From positions 1-64,000 of the forward strand of contig NW_026937303.1 in assembly GCF_032062105.1 (NCBI RefSeq): a stretch of 64,000 bases of DNA, in the 5' to 3' direction. Source of the DNA: Saccostrea cucullata. Taxonomy: Eukaryota. Below the pieces are notes generated by a model, which did not search any database, had not been told where the DNA came from, and worked only from the letters and a program-made list of their open reading frames with translations. Positions 15,001 to 27,974 of this stretch are shown piece by piece. Both the position numbers and the translations under genes were made by a program. Each line of letters starts with the position of its first letter. Position 1 is the stretch's first letter.

Positions 15001-15060
15001 CGATTTGACTTAGGTTTGCTGAAGCAGATTGCCTTTTCTTGTAAGATGTCAGTTAATTAA
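23..15060 (+). CDS. SLF1: SMC5-SMC6 complex localization factor 1 (ANKRD32)-like, 3' portion; 5' exons lie upstream of the window
   Basis: GT-AG exons in compatible phase: 23-177, 1806-1922, 3475-3634, 4454-4607, 4701-4852, 4956-5044, 5270-5400, 6455-6526, 7048-7182, 7497-7619, 13962-14087, 14546-15060 (TAA). The spliced ankyrin region [15 protein letters not shown]...[24 protein letters not shown]...[30 protein letters not shown]...TPLDLA closely resembles the SLF1 C-terminal ankyrin repeats as I recall them ([21 protein letters not shown]...LLLQHGGP). Confidence 0.82.
215..1665 (+). mobile_element. Non-autonomous Helentron-associated (HINE-like) element with an internal ~146-bp satellite
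   Basis: Subterminal inverted repeat AGCTCACCTCAACGAA / TTCGTTGAGGTGAGCT, a (GTCGGC)n microsatellite, internal tandem repeats, a 3' hairpin and T-rich flanks. Confidence 0.75.
1982..2752. mobile_element. Tc1/mariner-type MITE
   Basis: TIRs CCGTAAATCTGGAAATT / AATTTCCAGATTTATGG, flanked by TA on both sides. Confidence 0.75.
3717..4268. mobile_element. hAT-like MITE (degenerate)
   Basis: TAGTG...CACTA ends, subterminal ATCGG/CCGAT motifs, and an imperfect 8-bp flanking duplication CTGTCTGC/CTGTCAAC. Confidence 0.55.
5508..6346. mobile_element. Tc1/mariner-type MITE
   Basis: About 26-bp TIR TACTGACACGCAAAAGAAA(C/T)GCAACA, with TA target duplication. Confidence 0.82.
7935..11092 (+). repeat. 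33-bp minisatellite, about 95 copies, in an SLF1 intron
   Basis: Unit CCCTACTACAACATGGAAATATTCTTTATCCCA with variants. It generates the repetitive ORFs [11 protein letters not shown] / [11 protein letters not shown]. Confidence 0.97.
11175..13912 (+). mobile_element. HINE-like element family A (host of a nested insertion)
   Basis: 5' end TTTTTATACCCCC..CAAAC.AAGTTT.GGGGGGTATA, then a (GTCT/GTCC)n microsatellite. 3' end AAACCCAGCGGG.GTATTTGTCCC..TGGACAGTTCTAGTT. Same ends as 57453-62310. Confidence 0.75.
11391..12976 (+). mobile_element. HINE-like element family B with a ~168-bp (Cg170-like) satellite
   Basis: 5' palindrome AGGTCACCTGAGTAACTCAGGTGACCT, ~168-bp repeats (CCCAGGGTCAGGGGTTCT), 3' CTCAGGTGACCT..AGGCCC.TGGGCCTCTTGTT. 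Confidence 0.8.
14056..14290 (+). repeat. 58-bp tandem repeat (4 copies) copying an SLF1 donor site
   Basis: GTAGGTCA donors at 14088 (true), 14146, 14204 and 14262. Confidence 0.93.
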
Positions 15061-15423
15061 GAAAACATATTAGAGATAGAATGAATCTCACACAAATAGA
15101 ATTCAGTGAAAGGAAAATCAAACTTGGGCTTAGTTTATAACAGACTTAAGATGTATCTTCACAGAGATCGTAGCTCATCCAGTATGGTAGTTTTTCTAAA
15201 AAAGTACATGTCATCAAATTTTTTGAAGAAATATAGTTTTTTTTAAAATTAATTACAAGTTCAATTTATTAAAAAAGAAAAGAAACTCCTTGTGTTGGAT
15301 ACTTTATATAGTTGTGTAGTAGTAAATAATTTTTTGATTAAAATGGATAAAGAGTTCAGGTTCTTATGATGTCATCATGTGTTCACAAGATGTGCTTGAA
15401 TGAATGCCATAAAACTGTGAAAT

Positions 15424-15631
15424 ACTGTAAAATCACATATTTTGTGGGGTCAAATTTTCGAGGTTTGAGAAAAAATATTGGTTTGTGGGGATTTGAATTC
15501 GTGGTTGGAGAATGTTTAGTAGTAATACATATAAAATTTTACATTTCATGGTGGTCATAAATTCGTGGGTCTCTCCTTACCTCCAAAACAATGAAAATTA
15601 AACCCCCAGGAAAGATAGTGATTTCACAGTA
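15424..15631. mobile_element. Short TA-flanked MITE; a second inverted copy lies at ~18245-18456
   Basis: TACTGTAAAATCAC ... GTGATTTCACAGTA ends. The two copies give the similar spurious ORFs 15366-15560(+) and 18164-18394(-). Confidence 0.7.
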
Positions 15632-17408
15632 TTTGACCATGTTTTGTTTTAGCTTCATTTGCCTTCATTAATAGGCTAATTCAACAAAAATACTAGTAAA
15701 TGTATTTATCTCATATATGTGGGTGATACAGGCCGTTGGATAAACTTATGCTTTATCCATGGGTAGATCTGCTTTATCAGTAGCACTTCCGGTTTTTACA
15801 CGATCCCTCGCTTCTATTGAAACTTTTATTTGTGAAAATTATTGCCCTTATAAAATGAATGATAAAGGGCAATAATATTGTTAAAAGCAAGAAAAGGACT
15901 CATATTTGTCAAATAAGTGTCTTATTTTATCAAAGAACCTGTATTGGCTACTTGAAGGCAGATGTTACCCCCCCCCCCCTTTAAATCATTTTCAAAAAAA
16001 GTAAAGACTAGTAATTAAGTTGTTGTTATGAGATTTGATTCCTTTAACATCTTCAATAATGTTTTCGTATATTATACTACATACATGTATGCATACCTAG
16101 TATAATGTAGGTGTAACTTACCATGGATCTACAATGAATCTAACATTACAAGTAACCTTGCCTATAGCACGTTTTGTACTGCAACCGAACGAAGAGTTAA
16201 TTTTCATGATCCCATGGTCCTTACAACTTTCAATCAGAAGTTAATTTGTTTGATGTAAAACTCCAGCAATTGTCACATAATGTTTACAAAGACGCGGATA
16301 GGACAAATTTTGACTTTTGAACACAATCTACTTTCTTTGAGGCATGTCAACATCAACGTTGCTAAGTCATCAAGTTATATGTCATCAATTTGAATTGGCA
16401 ATCATTCATGTAGTTTTGCAGGGGAAGTCTCAAAGTTTTGTTAAAACGAAAGTCGTATGAGATTAATGGAACATCTATAATTGTGTGATTTGATATTGGC
16501 TTTATCCAACTCGTTGAAATGGTGTCGGCAAGCCTCGTGAATATATACACCATTTCAACTCGTTGGATAAAGCCAATATCAAATCACACAATATAGATAT
16601 CCTCTATTTATCTCTCTTAGTCTTGACATAACTGTGGCAGGGCAAATTTAAAAAGGGTGTCAAAATGGTATTGTGAAATCACAATTTTTTCCTAGATGTT
16701 TCAATCTTGTGGTTTTCGAGGTTAGGTATGGAGAAACCCATGAATTCATGACCACCATGAAATGTATATATTTATATAGTTACTGTGCAGTGGGTTTCTT
16801 TAGCCAGTGTAAAATTGGTGTTTTGCTTGCTCAAAGGTATGTCCATTTTTTTGACATACACAGAGTTCTGTGTTATTGCAAAAGAGAGGAAATTCATCTT
16901 TTAGAAAAGTTTCAGTACATTTAATGTGTTGAATACATGTACTGATAAAAGTAAATACCAGATGAAAGTTATATTGCTTAATAAAACTATAGATTATTAC
17001 ATTACATATGTGTTTGAAAATTGATTTATGCCTTTCAATATTTAATAATCTTAGTTTACTATGTTTTTTAATCATGAACACATAAAAAAATAAAATTTAA
17101 AAAAACCTGTACAGTGATGACAGGTAAGGCATTTGTTCAAAACTAAAGTAATACTGTAGAAGCACAAATTTGTGGGGATAAAATTTGTTGATTTGTTACC
17201 AAAAATAGTTTTGTGGGCATTTAATTTCATTGTTTTGAAGGTAACCCTATTCAATATTTAATCATTTAAAATTTCGTGTGGGATTTAATTTCGTTATAAT
17301 TGTTGAAACTAAATAAACGAAATTTAATCCCCAACAAATATTTGTGCTTTTACAGTATATATTTTAACAACAAAGTAAAATAGAAGTGTGAATGATTATC
17401 AGACATCC

Positions 17409-20400
17409 TTTTTAGCTTACCTGAGCTAAAAGCTCAAGTGAGCTTTTCTGATCACATTTTGTCCATTGTCAGTCGGTCTGTAAAATTTTCACATTTTTGA
17501 CTTGTGGAACTTGATTTGTGGAACTACCAGGCCAGTTTCAACCAAACTTGCCACAAATTATCTTTGAGTAAAGGCAATTCAAGTTGTTCAAATGAAGGGC
17601 CACACCTTCTTCCAAGGGGAGATAATTGCAAATTAAAAAAAAATGAATGGCATCTTTTAAAAATCTTCTCAAGAACATGATTGTTCAAATCATGGCATGA
17701 AGGAGTAGGCTGGGGTTACAATGGACGATCAAAGTTTTACAAAGGAATACATTCTAGGAAAATTTTTTACAAATCTTCTTCTCCAGAGCCAATGAGCCAT
17801 GATTGGTCATATTTAGAAAGGAACATCCTCTAGGTAATGTAGATTAAAGTTTGTTCAAATCATGACCCCTGGGGGTAGTGGGTACACAATGGATGATTTA
17901 AGTTTTACATTGGAATACATAGGATAAATCTTCTTGTCCAGAACCACTGGGCCAAGAAAATTGAAACTTATGAGGATACATCCTCAGGATTTGTAGATTC
18001 AAGTTTTGTTCAAATCATGATCACCAGGGGTAGGGCGGGGCCACAATGGTTGATTAAAGTTTTACATAGAAAAAATTTATAAAAAAGTTCTTCTCAAGAA
18101 CAGCAAAACTATGATTTGTCATATTTATATGGAATCATCCTTTGTTAATCAAGCTTTTATGAATTATAGGGTGGGACCACAATGTTCAAATAACCCATGG
18201 GGTAGGTTTGGGCCATAATTGATGATCAAAGATTTACATAGGAATACTGTGAAATCGGTAATTTTTGTGGGGGTTAAATTTTTGTTGTTTTCGAGGTATT
18301 GAGAGACCCATGAATTTATAACCACCGCGAAGTATAAAATATCATATGCATTACTAACTAAACATTCCCCAACCACGAAATCAAATCCCCACAAACCAAT
18401 AATTTTTCCTCAAACCTTGAAAATTTGACCCCATGAAAATATGTGATTTTACAGTACATTGGAAAAATCTTTTAAATCATCTCAAAAACCACTAAGCCAT
18501 GATCTTTTATATTTATATGGAAACATCCTTAAGTAATGTTGATTCAAGATCAAATCATGACCCCCTGGGGGTAGGGCGGGGTGGCAATGGACGATCAAAG
18601 TTATACATAGGAAAAAATGTTTTTAAAAATCTTCTCAACAACAGCAGATACGCAAGCCATGATTGGTCAAATTTATATCGAAGCGTGCTCGGGTAGTAAA
18701 GATTCAAGTTTATTCAAATCATGACCCCCAGGAGTTTTGTGGGGCCACAATAGAAGATAAAACTTATAGGAAAAAAATCTCTTTGAAAACTTCTAAAGCC
18801 ATGATTTTTCAATGAAATATGATAATTGACTTGGTGAGTCAAAACCAATATTCTTTTTGAGATGAATGATTCAATGGAGATAAAATTGGAAAAATTATAT
18901 GCGTTTCAATTAGTGCTTGTGAGTTGTGATGCATGCATACTAGACTTGTATGTCTATATATCCTAGAGTAGCAGGAAAAGATGAATTAAAGCATGTTATT
19001 TGAAAATTAATGCAGAGTTGCTGGACATTTTCACAGTGGCATATTAATATTGTTTCTATAAACATTTTTTATGCGCCCATCTCGATAGATCGGGGGGTAC
19101 ATATTGTTTTTGTCCTGTCTGTTTGTTTGTAAACTTTAACCTTCACCATTACTTTTGAACCAATGAGAGATAAAGATTTCATATTTGGTATGTCTACTCC
19201 ACTAATTAAGTTCTTTCAAATGACATCAAGGTCAATGACCTTGTGACCTTGACTGTGACCTATATGCTAAAAATAGCTTTTTCGAATATTCATCATAACT
19301 TAAAATTAATGAAAGATAGAGACTTTATATTTAGTATGCATAATTCACTAATTAAGCTTTTTCAAAAGACACCTGAAGGTCAATGACCATGAGACCTTGG
19401 CTGTGACCCATATCCTTAAAATAGATTTTTTGAACCTTGGACATAAATCTTGAGCCATAAAAGATAGAGAACTTGTATTAAGTATGCACCCTTCATTAAT
19501 TAAGCTCTTTCAAATAACACCAAGGTCAATGACCTTGAGACCTTGACTGTGACCATATACAATGTACTTGAAATAGATTTTTTGAAACTTCGACATAACT
19601 TTTGAGTCATAAAAGATGGGAGAATTCATATTTGGTATGCACCCTTCACTAATTAAACTTTTTTAAGTAACACCAAGGTCAATGACAATTTGACCTTTAC
19701 TGTAACCCATATGCTAAAATTAGCCATTTTGATCCTCTGCCTTAAATTTTGAGCTATAAGAGATAGAGACTTCATATTTAGTATGCATACTCCACTAATT
19801 AAGTTCTTTCAAATGACACCAAGATCAATGACCTTGTGACCTTGACTGTGACCCATATGCTATAAATAGCTTTTTCATCAAACTTTATTGCCACCAGGCG
19901 CATAGTGTTTCACAAACATATCTTGATTTTCATTATGATGATCAACATAATTTTCTATCTGTTCAAAGAATAGCAGAAGTAGCTATTTCTTATTGACCCT
20001 GTGGCTTGCTATTGTTTGTTATATTCCTCAGCACAGCTTGTTAATTGTTAGATTGATAGATCATTATTTCTATTACAGTGGACCCTCATTTATCCGGACG
20101 CTTTGGTTCCAAGTCAATTTGTCCGGATATGTCAAGCATCCGGATATCTGAATCACCAGTTAAACAAGACAAAATAACATTTAAAAAATATCGTTCCGAT
20201 GAAAAATCGTCCGGATACTGAAGCATCCGGATATCTGGTGTCTGGATATCTGAAGGTCCACTGTAAATACCAATTTATATCTAACTTACATACGAAAAAT
20301 GATATTGCGGCAATAATGCTGGAAGATGTTCCCAGAAGATCAATATTTTGGTCATGATTTGCAGCAATATTGCCGCAACCCCTTTCTGGCAATATTGCCG

Positions 20401-20772
20401 CAAAACTAATTAACATACAAAAAACGATATAGCCGCAATATTGCGGCAATAATGCCGGAAGATGTTGCCAGAAGATCAACATTTTGCTGCAACCCCTTTC
20501 TGGCAATATTGCCGCAAAACTAATTTACATACGAAAAACGATATAGCCGCAATATTGCGGCAATGTATTGCCAAAATGTTGCTGCAATACTGCAGCAATA
20601 AAGCCAGAAGATGTTGCCAGAAGGTCAATATTTTGGTAAGGGAACATACTCAGTTTGTGTAGATTCAGGTTTGTTCAAATCATATCTACTCGACTTAAGA
20701 AAAGGTTACTTATAAAATACTGAACTAGTGAAAGTGCTCAGGTGAGTGATGTGGCCCATGGGCCTCTTGTTT
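17409..20772 (+). mobile_element. Degenerate HINE-like element (family C) with several nested insertions
   Basis: 5' TTTTAGCTTACCTGAGC..GCTCAAGTGAGCTTTTCTGATC and 3' CTCAGGTGAG.GATGTGGCCCATGGGCCTCTTGTT. Contains the 18245-18456 MITE, a satellite-bearing element at ~19066-19930 and a MITE at 20074-20264 (TACAGTGGACC..GGTCCACTGTA). Confidence 0.65.
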
Positions 20773-22114
20773 TAGATTTCAAATTAATTTGCTGTTTTAC
20801 CATAATCTTTTTGCTATTGCACGCCCCTGTGGCTCCCTTTAACTTGCACACACACACATACAATATAACTAGATTTTTTGATGATTTTTTCCAGTTTTTG
20901 GATCTGCTGAAATTTTAGGGTTGAATTAATTTTTTTTTTTAAATTGGCATAAAGCAAGTTATAAACCAAGATGTTTACCATAACAGCCTCACACCCTGTC
21001 AATTATCTTGAGTATAAGCCAAAATTGTAAAGTATAAATGCATGGACCTTTAAATTTGGTAAACAAGCTAGCTTGCAAAGTTTTTGTAGCTCAACATGTG
21101 CATGCAGGTGTAACTAGCATGAATAGAATCTTACCCTTGTAGTTCCTTTAAGGTTTGCTGTACGACAAGGTGTTTATTGGTTAATAAGGACAGACAAGTC
21201 GGAACTGTAGACGTGACAACCATTTAAGGTTTTATGGTGAGTATTTCTCTTTTTTATAATTTTATAGGTATATTTTTTTCTATAGAGACTCTCCTGTTAT
21301 TTTAATTCAATCTGTCAGTCTGTCAAAAAAAAAACTTTAACATTGGTCATATTGACCTTTGAATGAGGAAGGATAAGGTTTTCGTTCAGAGAAACCTGTG
21401 TACCTGTTAATTGGACATGCAGATCAGCTTGCTGGGAGATGAATTTCGTGTCGGAATAGACAGAATTTAGATTGTACAGTGTAGAAAGCATGGAAAAAAA
21501 GGAAAATGGGAATTGAACAAAATCAAATGTCGGAATTCAAAGTGTGATGGATTTGCACAGATGTCAGATATTGGACAGTTTTCAATGTATTTCACATGTA
21601 TCGTTACATTACCTAGCTTTGACAAGACCTCAAGAACCATGAGTGAAGACTCTTTACCCATTACTGTGACCTTATTAAAGGTTGACTAACATTTGGAAAA
21701 TCGAAACTTTTGAATAAGAGAAGTAAGGCTTAATTTTCATATTTGACATGATCACATGGTTTTTGACCCTGGGACCTTAAAATTTTACCTGCTGTTCAAA
21801 ACTTCATAACCATTGGTGATATTTTTGAATAAGAGAGGGCATTGATATTGGAATTGTGCATTATATATTATAGGATCTATTCAAACTATGGTTTTGGACT
21901 TCTTGACCTTGAACTTTAACCTACAGATTCAAGTTTTGTATTATATATATATATTTGACATAACTCGCTCAGATGAGGGTATAAGATCCATGAACATTTG
22001 TTAAGTTTGTTTATTGAATCTTATCGTCATACTTATTAACATTTTTAAGGCTGTATATTTTAATGTTATATTATAATTCTTTTTTCCATTTCTTTAGTGA
22101 AATTTTTAAAGACA

Positions 22115-23773
22115 ATGGATGACTCGGTACGAGGTCAGGAACTTATTGTTTGTTCCAAATGCAAAGAAGATGCTGTAGAATATTTTTGTTTCTCTTGTGA
22201 ATTTGATCTTTGTCGCAAATGCAAACAGGAACATAACGAAGCAGTGGGAACTCGGAGCCATGACATCGGAGTATACAGAGAAAAGTACAGAGAGAGCTTG
22301 ATAGACGAAAAATGTCAGCTACATCCGCAGTCTGATGAGTATTATAGCCAATATTGCCATGAGTGTGGTGTTCCTGTTTGTAAATTATGTGCACAGAGTC
22401 CAAGTCACCATAGTCATACGCTAGATGACATAAATAGCTTGTATCTTAAATACCGAGAAAAATACAGAGAATGGTGTAAGAGAATTCGACTGGAACTCCT
22501 TCCTCAAGTTAAAATTGAACAGGATAATATCGAAAAGGATCTGGAAAGGAGGAATAGACAGTTCACAGAAATATTGAAACGTTTAGAAGAACAGGCTAAA
22601 AACTTAAAAACTCTCATTGATGAGGTAGTGGGCGAACACAGAAGTTCTATCACAGATCTCCAGAATTCTCAACTCAGCACCCTGCAAAATACTGGCCAGG
22701 AGCTACTCTCGAATGAAAAAAAGTTGAACAATATACTTGAGGGATTTGAAAAATCAGCCAATATGCCTGCAACATTTTTCTTTTATGTGAAAGAAAACCC
22801 CATTGTTGAGCTAGAAATTCTGAATATTAGCAAATTACCAACACCCTATTACAAAGAGGCCAATTTCAACAAAAATGACATTCAAACATTAATTGGGGTC
22901 ATTGGAGAGGAAATGCAGAAACAAATTTCACGAACCCCATCCCGGACCCCATCAATGGAGACAGAGACTGTGAACACTGTAACGGAGATGAAGTTAAACA
23001 TTCCACATATAACTCATGTTCGTCATATTTCCTGTGGAACATCAGACCGCTTGTGGATCAGTGGAACAGAAGATCTAGTCCTAACAGACATTAAGACTAA
23101 AAAGAGATTATACAAATTACCGGTCACTACAGATGGGTATGGCTGTCATTCTGTTAACTGTGAGGGAGCTTTGATTTTCATAGATGGAGCCTCCAACATC
23201 AAGAAGCTGTCAGAAGGAAGGGAGGCAGAACTTCTGATGAGAACTACAGAGCCGTGGAAACCTATCAGCATTCACTGCTCACGCTCCTCAGATACTCTGC
23301 TGATAGGGATGATCATTCCATTGAAAAGCGCTAAAGTGGTCTGCTACAACGGAGCAGGTCAGGAAATTCAGACTTTACAAAACGACCACAGAGGAAAACC
23401 ACTGTACGAAGCCCCGGCATACATCACAGAAAATAACGGTGACGTGATTGTATCAGATTACAAGAGAAAGGCAGTCATAGTGACGGATAAGACGGGGAAA
23501 CATCGCTTCTCCTACAGAGGTCCACCATTAGGGTCAACAACAGAGTTATGGCCTCGTGGTGTCTGCACCGATAGTCAGACAAACATCCTGGTGTCAGACT
23601 TCTATACACAGACGGTGCACATTGTCGACAACGATGGTCATTTCTTGCGATACTTGCACGTGGACCAAGGATTACGCAAACCTTTTGGTTTATGTTTTGA
23701 CAGTGAGAAGAATATGGTTGTTGTGGGCTCATATGAAATCAATACAGTCCACTTGTATCATTATCTAGAATGA
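22115..23773 (+). CDS. RING-less TRIM-like protein (two B-boxes, coiled coil, NHL/beta-propeller); single coding exon
   Basis: 558-codon ORF opens at acceptor tttctttAG (22097); first ATG at 22115. B-box 1: CSKC..CFSCEFDLCRKC..H..H. B-box 2: CQLH..CHECGVPVCKLC..H..H. A coiled coil follows, then NHL-like motifs (PAYITENNGDVIVSD, PRGVCTDSQTNILVSD, PFGLCFD). Possible upstream non-coding exon ending at 21236 (G|gtgagt). Confidence 0.88.
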   Translation: MDDSVRGQELIVCSKCKEDAVEYFCFSCEFDLCRKCKQEHNEAVGTRSHDIGVYREKYRESLIDEKCQLHPQSDEYYSQYCHECGVPVCKLCAQSPSHHSHTLDDINSLYLKYREKYREWCKRIRLELLPQVKIEQDNIEKDLERRNRQFTEILKRLEEQAKNLKTLIDEVVGEHRSSITDLQNSQLSTLQNTGQELLSNEKKLNNILEGFEKSANMPATFFFYVKENPIVELEILNISKLPTPYYKEANFNKNDIQTLIGVIGEEMQKQISRTPSRTPSMETETVNTVTEMKLNIPHITHVRHISCGTSDRLWISGTEDLVLTDIKTKKRLYKLPVTTDGYGCHSVNCEGALIFIDGASNIKKLSEGREAELLMRTTEPWKPISIHCSRSSDTLLIGMIIPLKSAKVVCYNGAGQEIQTLQNDHRGKPLYEAPAYITENNGDVIVSDYKRKAVIVTDKTGKHRFSYRGPPLGSTTELWPRGVCTDSQTNILVSDFYTQTVHIVDNDGHFLRYLHVDQGLRKPFGLCFDSEKNMVVVGSYEINTVHLYHYLE

Positions 23774-25574
23774 CTTGGCAAATAGATTACTGATTGCATC
23801 TGTCTTGATGTATAATGTTTGTGATAAACAGTTAAAGGATGTTCTGTACTAAGTTACTCTGTCAGTACCATTGATGATCTTTTTAAAGCAGGGAGAAAGA
23901 AATTAGTTTGAATAAAATTATCAATGAGTGATAGTTGCTTGCTTTTTAAATTATTATTACATTCAAATATGTAATTTTTAAATATCCATTTCTATGTTAG
24001 TAAATGTGAAACAACAATTTTATACTTAAATTTATCTGTAAATCTGTATGTCAATCAATGTTGAACGACTGAAACATATAATATATAAGTCAATCAGTAT
24101 ACCAGATAAATAAATACAATGTAATTCATCAAAGAAAAGAAACCAAATATCTAGATAAGAATTACTTTACCTCTACTGTTTTTTTTTCTATTTAGAATTA
24201 TTTCATTAGATTTGAATAATTCACATTTATGTTAACTTTTGGAAATTGACTTAGAGTTAATAACAGGGGCACCACGAATCAGAGCATCCTCTCGCAAGCA
24301 TTAGAGCATAACTATAAATCAAGGCAGCATTTGACATTAAGGATCCCAATACAAATTATGCTACTTCCATTACGCATACTAACCCTACCACAAACACAAG
24401 CCCCTAATAAACCTTACCCTGGTTAATACGTTTGTATAGTATACCATATCTTCTCCAATTCCATTGCCAGGGGCAAATAATTTTTACAAGGGTAAGGTTT
24501 AATTGACATGAAATTCAGGAATAATTTTTGTTTATTAATAATATTAGCTTACACATTTTAGAAAATGCTGGATCAAGGGGAAACACTCATATTTCTTAAA
24601 GAATGTAGTGATATTATGATTCACACATATTTTTCATTGAAATAGTGAAATGAAATTCAGTATATACAGATTTATCATAAAAACATCTAGGCCAAGTTCT
24701 GTATTGGGTACAATATACTTAAGATAAATCTTTATACCAAAGGTCATTAAGTATGTTCAACTGAATGGAAACTGCAAATAACTGGATTTTTCCAAGTCCA
24801 AGGGACATAACTCTGTCAAAAATGACTTAATCCTACCCAAAACAGAAATTGGCCTAGATATTCTTATGATAAATCTGTATACCATTTCAGTAAGTGAAGA
24901 AAATAAACAGAAACTTGGTGGACCAGTAGACAAACCGACAGACAGAAATCAAGGCAATATGCCCTCTCTTCTTTGAAGGAGGGCATAAATATACCAGTAT
25001 ATACAATTTTTTTTTAATATGGTACATACTATCCATCCCTTGATTCATCATCCATCTCAATTTTTTTTTTTTTAGAGTTTATAGTTACTTGGGAATTGAC
25101 CAAAAACCTTAACCTTGTCACTCAGCTGGAAAATCTAGGTCAGATTTAGCATCCGAAGCATCATCCATGTCTGGTAGTGTCTATCCCTAGATGCACTGAA
25201 CATGCAAGTTTGATCGAGGTAGAACTTACAGTTACTTTAAATAGGATGCTGACAGTGGGGGAATAATGGAAGCTCATCTTCACTTAGGACTGAGGAGCAA
25301 AAAGGAACATCTGTCTGTTTATATATTTAAATAATCCATATTCATAGGGTCAGATTTGTTCCAACACATCAGCAATAGAGCAATTCCTCCAAATGTTCAC
25401 TTTTAATCCTCTTTCACAAAATAATATAAATGGTTATGAATGAAATATCAAACCAATTTAAATCTACATTTAATATTCATTCTCAATTTGTAAAATCACT
25501 ACAAATCTACATAAAAAAATCTTTCAACTTCTTACAAGGTCTTATAATTTTTTTTTTAACACTATATTGATCTA

Positions 25575-27974
25575 TTATGATCTGTTCATGTATTGAAGAT
25601 ATTTTCGTCTGTCGTAATTATCCTCAATTTCTTTCTCCACTTTGATTTCTGTTTTTGGTTTCCGTCTTTGCTTTAGGGCAAGCTGTTCTTCAGGTGAAAG
25701 TTTTGTAATGTCTATTGGTAGCTGACAAAATAGTAAATAGGTACAACGAGATTAAACAGGTATCAAATGTAAAAGAAGAATGGTTAAAGCATTTTGTCCT
25801 TAATCACCACAGGTACTTGTTTTGAAAATAAATTTTGAACCCATGGTATTATAATAACATCCTTGTGTTATACTATATGTTAAAAATTTGTTTCCTGTGG
25901 TAATCACTTCTAATGAAAAAAGGAGAATTACTATGCTTAACTACTGTAAACTACATTTCAAAAGAAATTTTTTGACGTAATTAATACATATAATAATTGT
26001 TTAAGACATGATTGCACCTTTGTCTTTAAGGTAACAAAAGTACATGTAAAGTGTAGTTTCATATTTTTTTTTCTTTTAATAAGTGTTTAAGATATGTAAA
26101 TCAGACAGAATCTGTAAGTGATTCCTGTTACCTTTATGATTTGTCTGGGCTTGTGGTATCTGATATTTATCGTAGCACCATTCGGGAGAACAAGGATAGT
26201 TGGATAAAGACGTTCATAATACTTGCGTTGTATTTTCGAACATGTTGCCTTGTTGCTGACGTGTCTAATACATGCCTGACAAGTGATGAGAATTTCTCTG
26301 TACCTAAAATATAGTTAGGGAAAGATTATTGATTATTAAAGTGTGTGCTCATTAGGAATTTCACTGTGCTTCATTAAAAAAACAGTGAAAAGAAATGGAC
26401 AAAACTTTTAAATGCTTTAAAAAAGTTTTCATATATCTACATAATAATTACACAATATCAGCCTTTCTAAAATTCAATGACCACAATGTACGTTAAAAGT
26501 ATACTACCTGTCCATAACAGGTCCAGTACAATCACTAGATTTAAATAAAATTATAGGTAGAATTACCTACGTAGCTTTATTTACCTACCTCAGGTAGCTT
26601 TATTTAACTATTTCAATGAAACTTTTCACAATTTTTCTTTTTATTTAAGAGACAAAAAATTGCAATTAAATGACAATTAATATTTATACTGCGGAGGTTT
26701 TAAAAAACAAACCAAAGCAGAGATAGTTATACATACAATTTGGAGCAAAACTGCATTGTTTGGTTAACAATTTGGAGCATGAAACATTGTGCTGAATAAT
26801 ACTGATCTATTATCATGTTAACCAGAACTGGACTTCTTTGTCATTTCATTCAAGGAGTAACTGTTCTAACTGCCATACGTAGCCACAAAACTTTCAGAAC
26901 TTTGATTGCAATTGTGCAGAAAAAGACAATTCTTGAAGAGTGATTTTTACAAAGTTGAAAATGATCACTGCATCAACACGATATTTTCTGCACACCCTGA
27001 GAAAAATGATTTTTTATATAAATAAATTGATTTGGTAGCTAAATCTAGTGATTGTACCAGACCTGCTTAATTCACTGTAGCTGCAGATCTGTAGCGTTAT
27101 GGTTTTATATATTTGTCTTTGACCATAACGCTACAGATCCGTTAATGCAAGAAAGGTGCAATTTACAGCGCAATATTTTTTGCGCACTTTGGGAGAGAAT
27201 TTCTCAACGTACTAGCATTGCTAAAGTAATTACCTTTCACTCCCTAATTCTAGACACATTCTGTAGCCAATAAGTATATTTTATCAACCTCCCAACCATT
27301 TATAGTTGTCTCCACAGGCAATAAACTCGCTTGAAGTGAATTTTCAGCAATCTAACATACAATTTTAATCAAGCGAGTTTATCACTTGTTGAGACGACTA
27401 TAAAAGATAGGTAGATGGATAAAATATACAGATAAGTTATATAATGTGCCTAGAATGAAGGAGTGATCGATGCTGGAAAGTGGAGAAATTTTCCCCAAAA
27501 GTGTGCAAAAAATATTGCACCGTAAATTGCACCTGTTTTTCATTACGTGATCTGTAGCGTTATGGTCAAAGACAAATATATTACATAAAACCATAACGCT
27601 ACAGATCTGCAGCTAAATTCATAATGTTGGTGATATATTATTATATAAATCTTTAGATGTCAAATTAAAATATATATATATATATATACATATATATAAT
27701 GGTGAGTTTCTTACAGTTTTACGTAAAAGAAAAAGAAAAGTCCAATTTTCTAAAATATTTTTTTTTTCATTAAAAAACACCAACATTTCGAATTTACTCT
27801 GATATTTCTTACTCCTTTAAGATATTATATATCTCAAAGACATTTTGGCACCTATATGTGATTCTAAAACATTATAGTTAAAAAAATTATTATGAAATCT
27901 ATATTATTTGATCATCATAACGATTTAAGAAAATAAATAAAAAACAAACTTCACCTTGTCAAGAGACTTGCCAT
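25575..27974 (-). CDS. MRPL55: Mitochondrial ribosomal protein L55 (bL31m), 112 aa
   Basis: Exons 27974-27955, 26303-26132 and 25721-25575 splice to MASLLTRYREIL...[48 protein letters not shown]...DNYDRRKYLQYMNRS*. This has the L55 motif RxxYxRLYP..DGSTI.IRY..PR....P.D...LS.EE. Not present in the ORF track. Confidence 0.93.
27078..27615. mobile_element. Foldback MITE in MRPL55 intron 1
   Basis: Long inverted arms TAGCTGCAGATCTGTAGCGTTATGGTTTT / AAAACCATAACGCTACAGATCTGCAGCTA, with similarity extending far inward. Confidence 0.8.
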
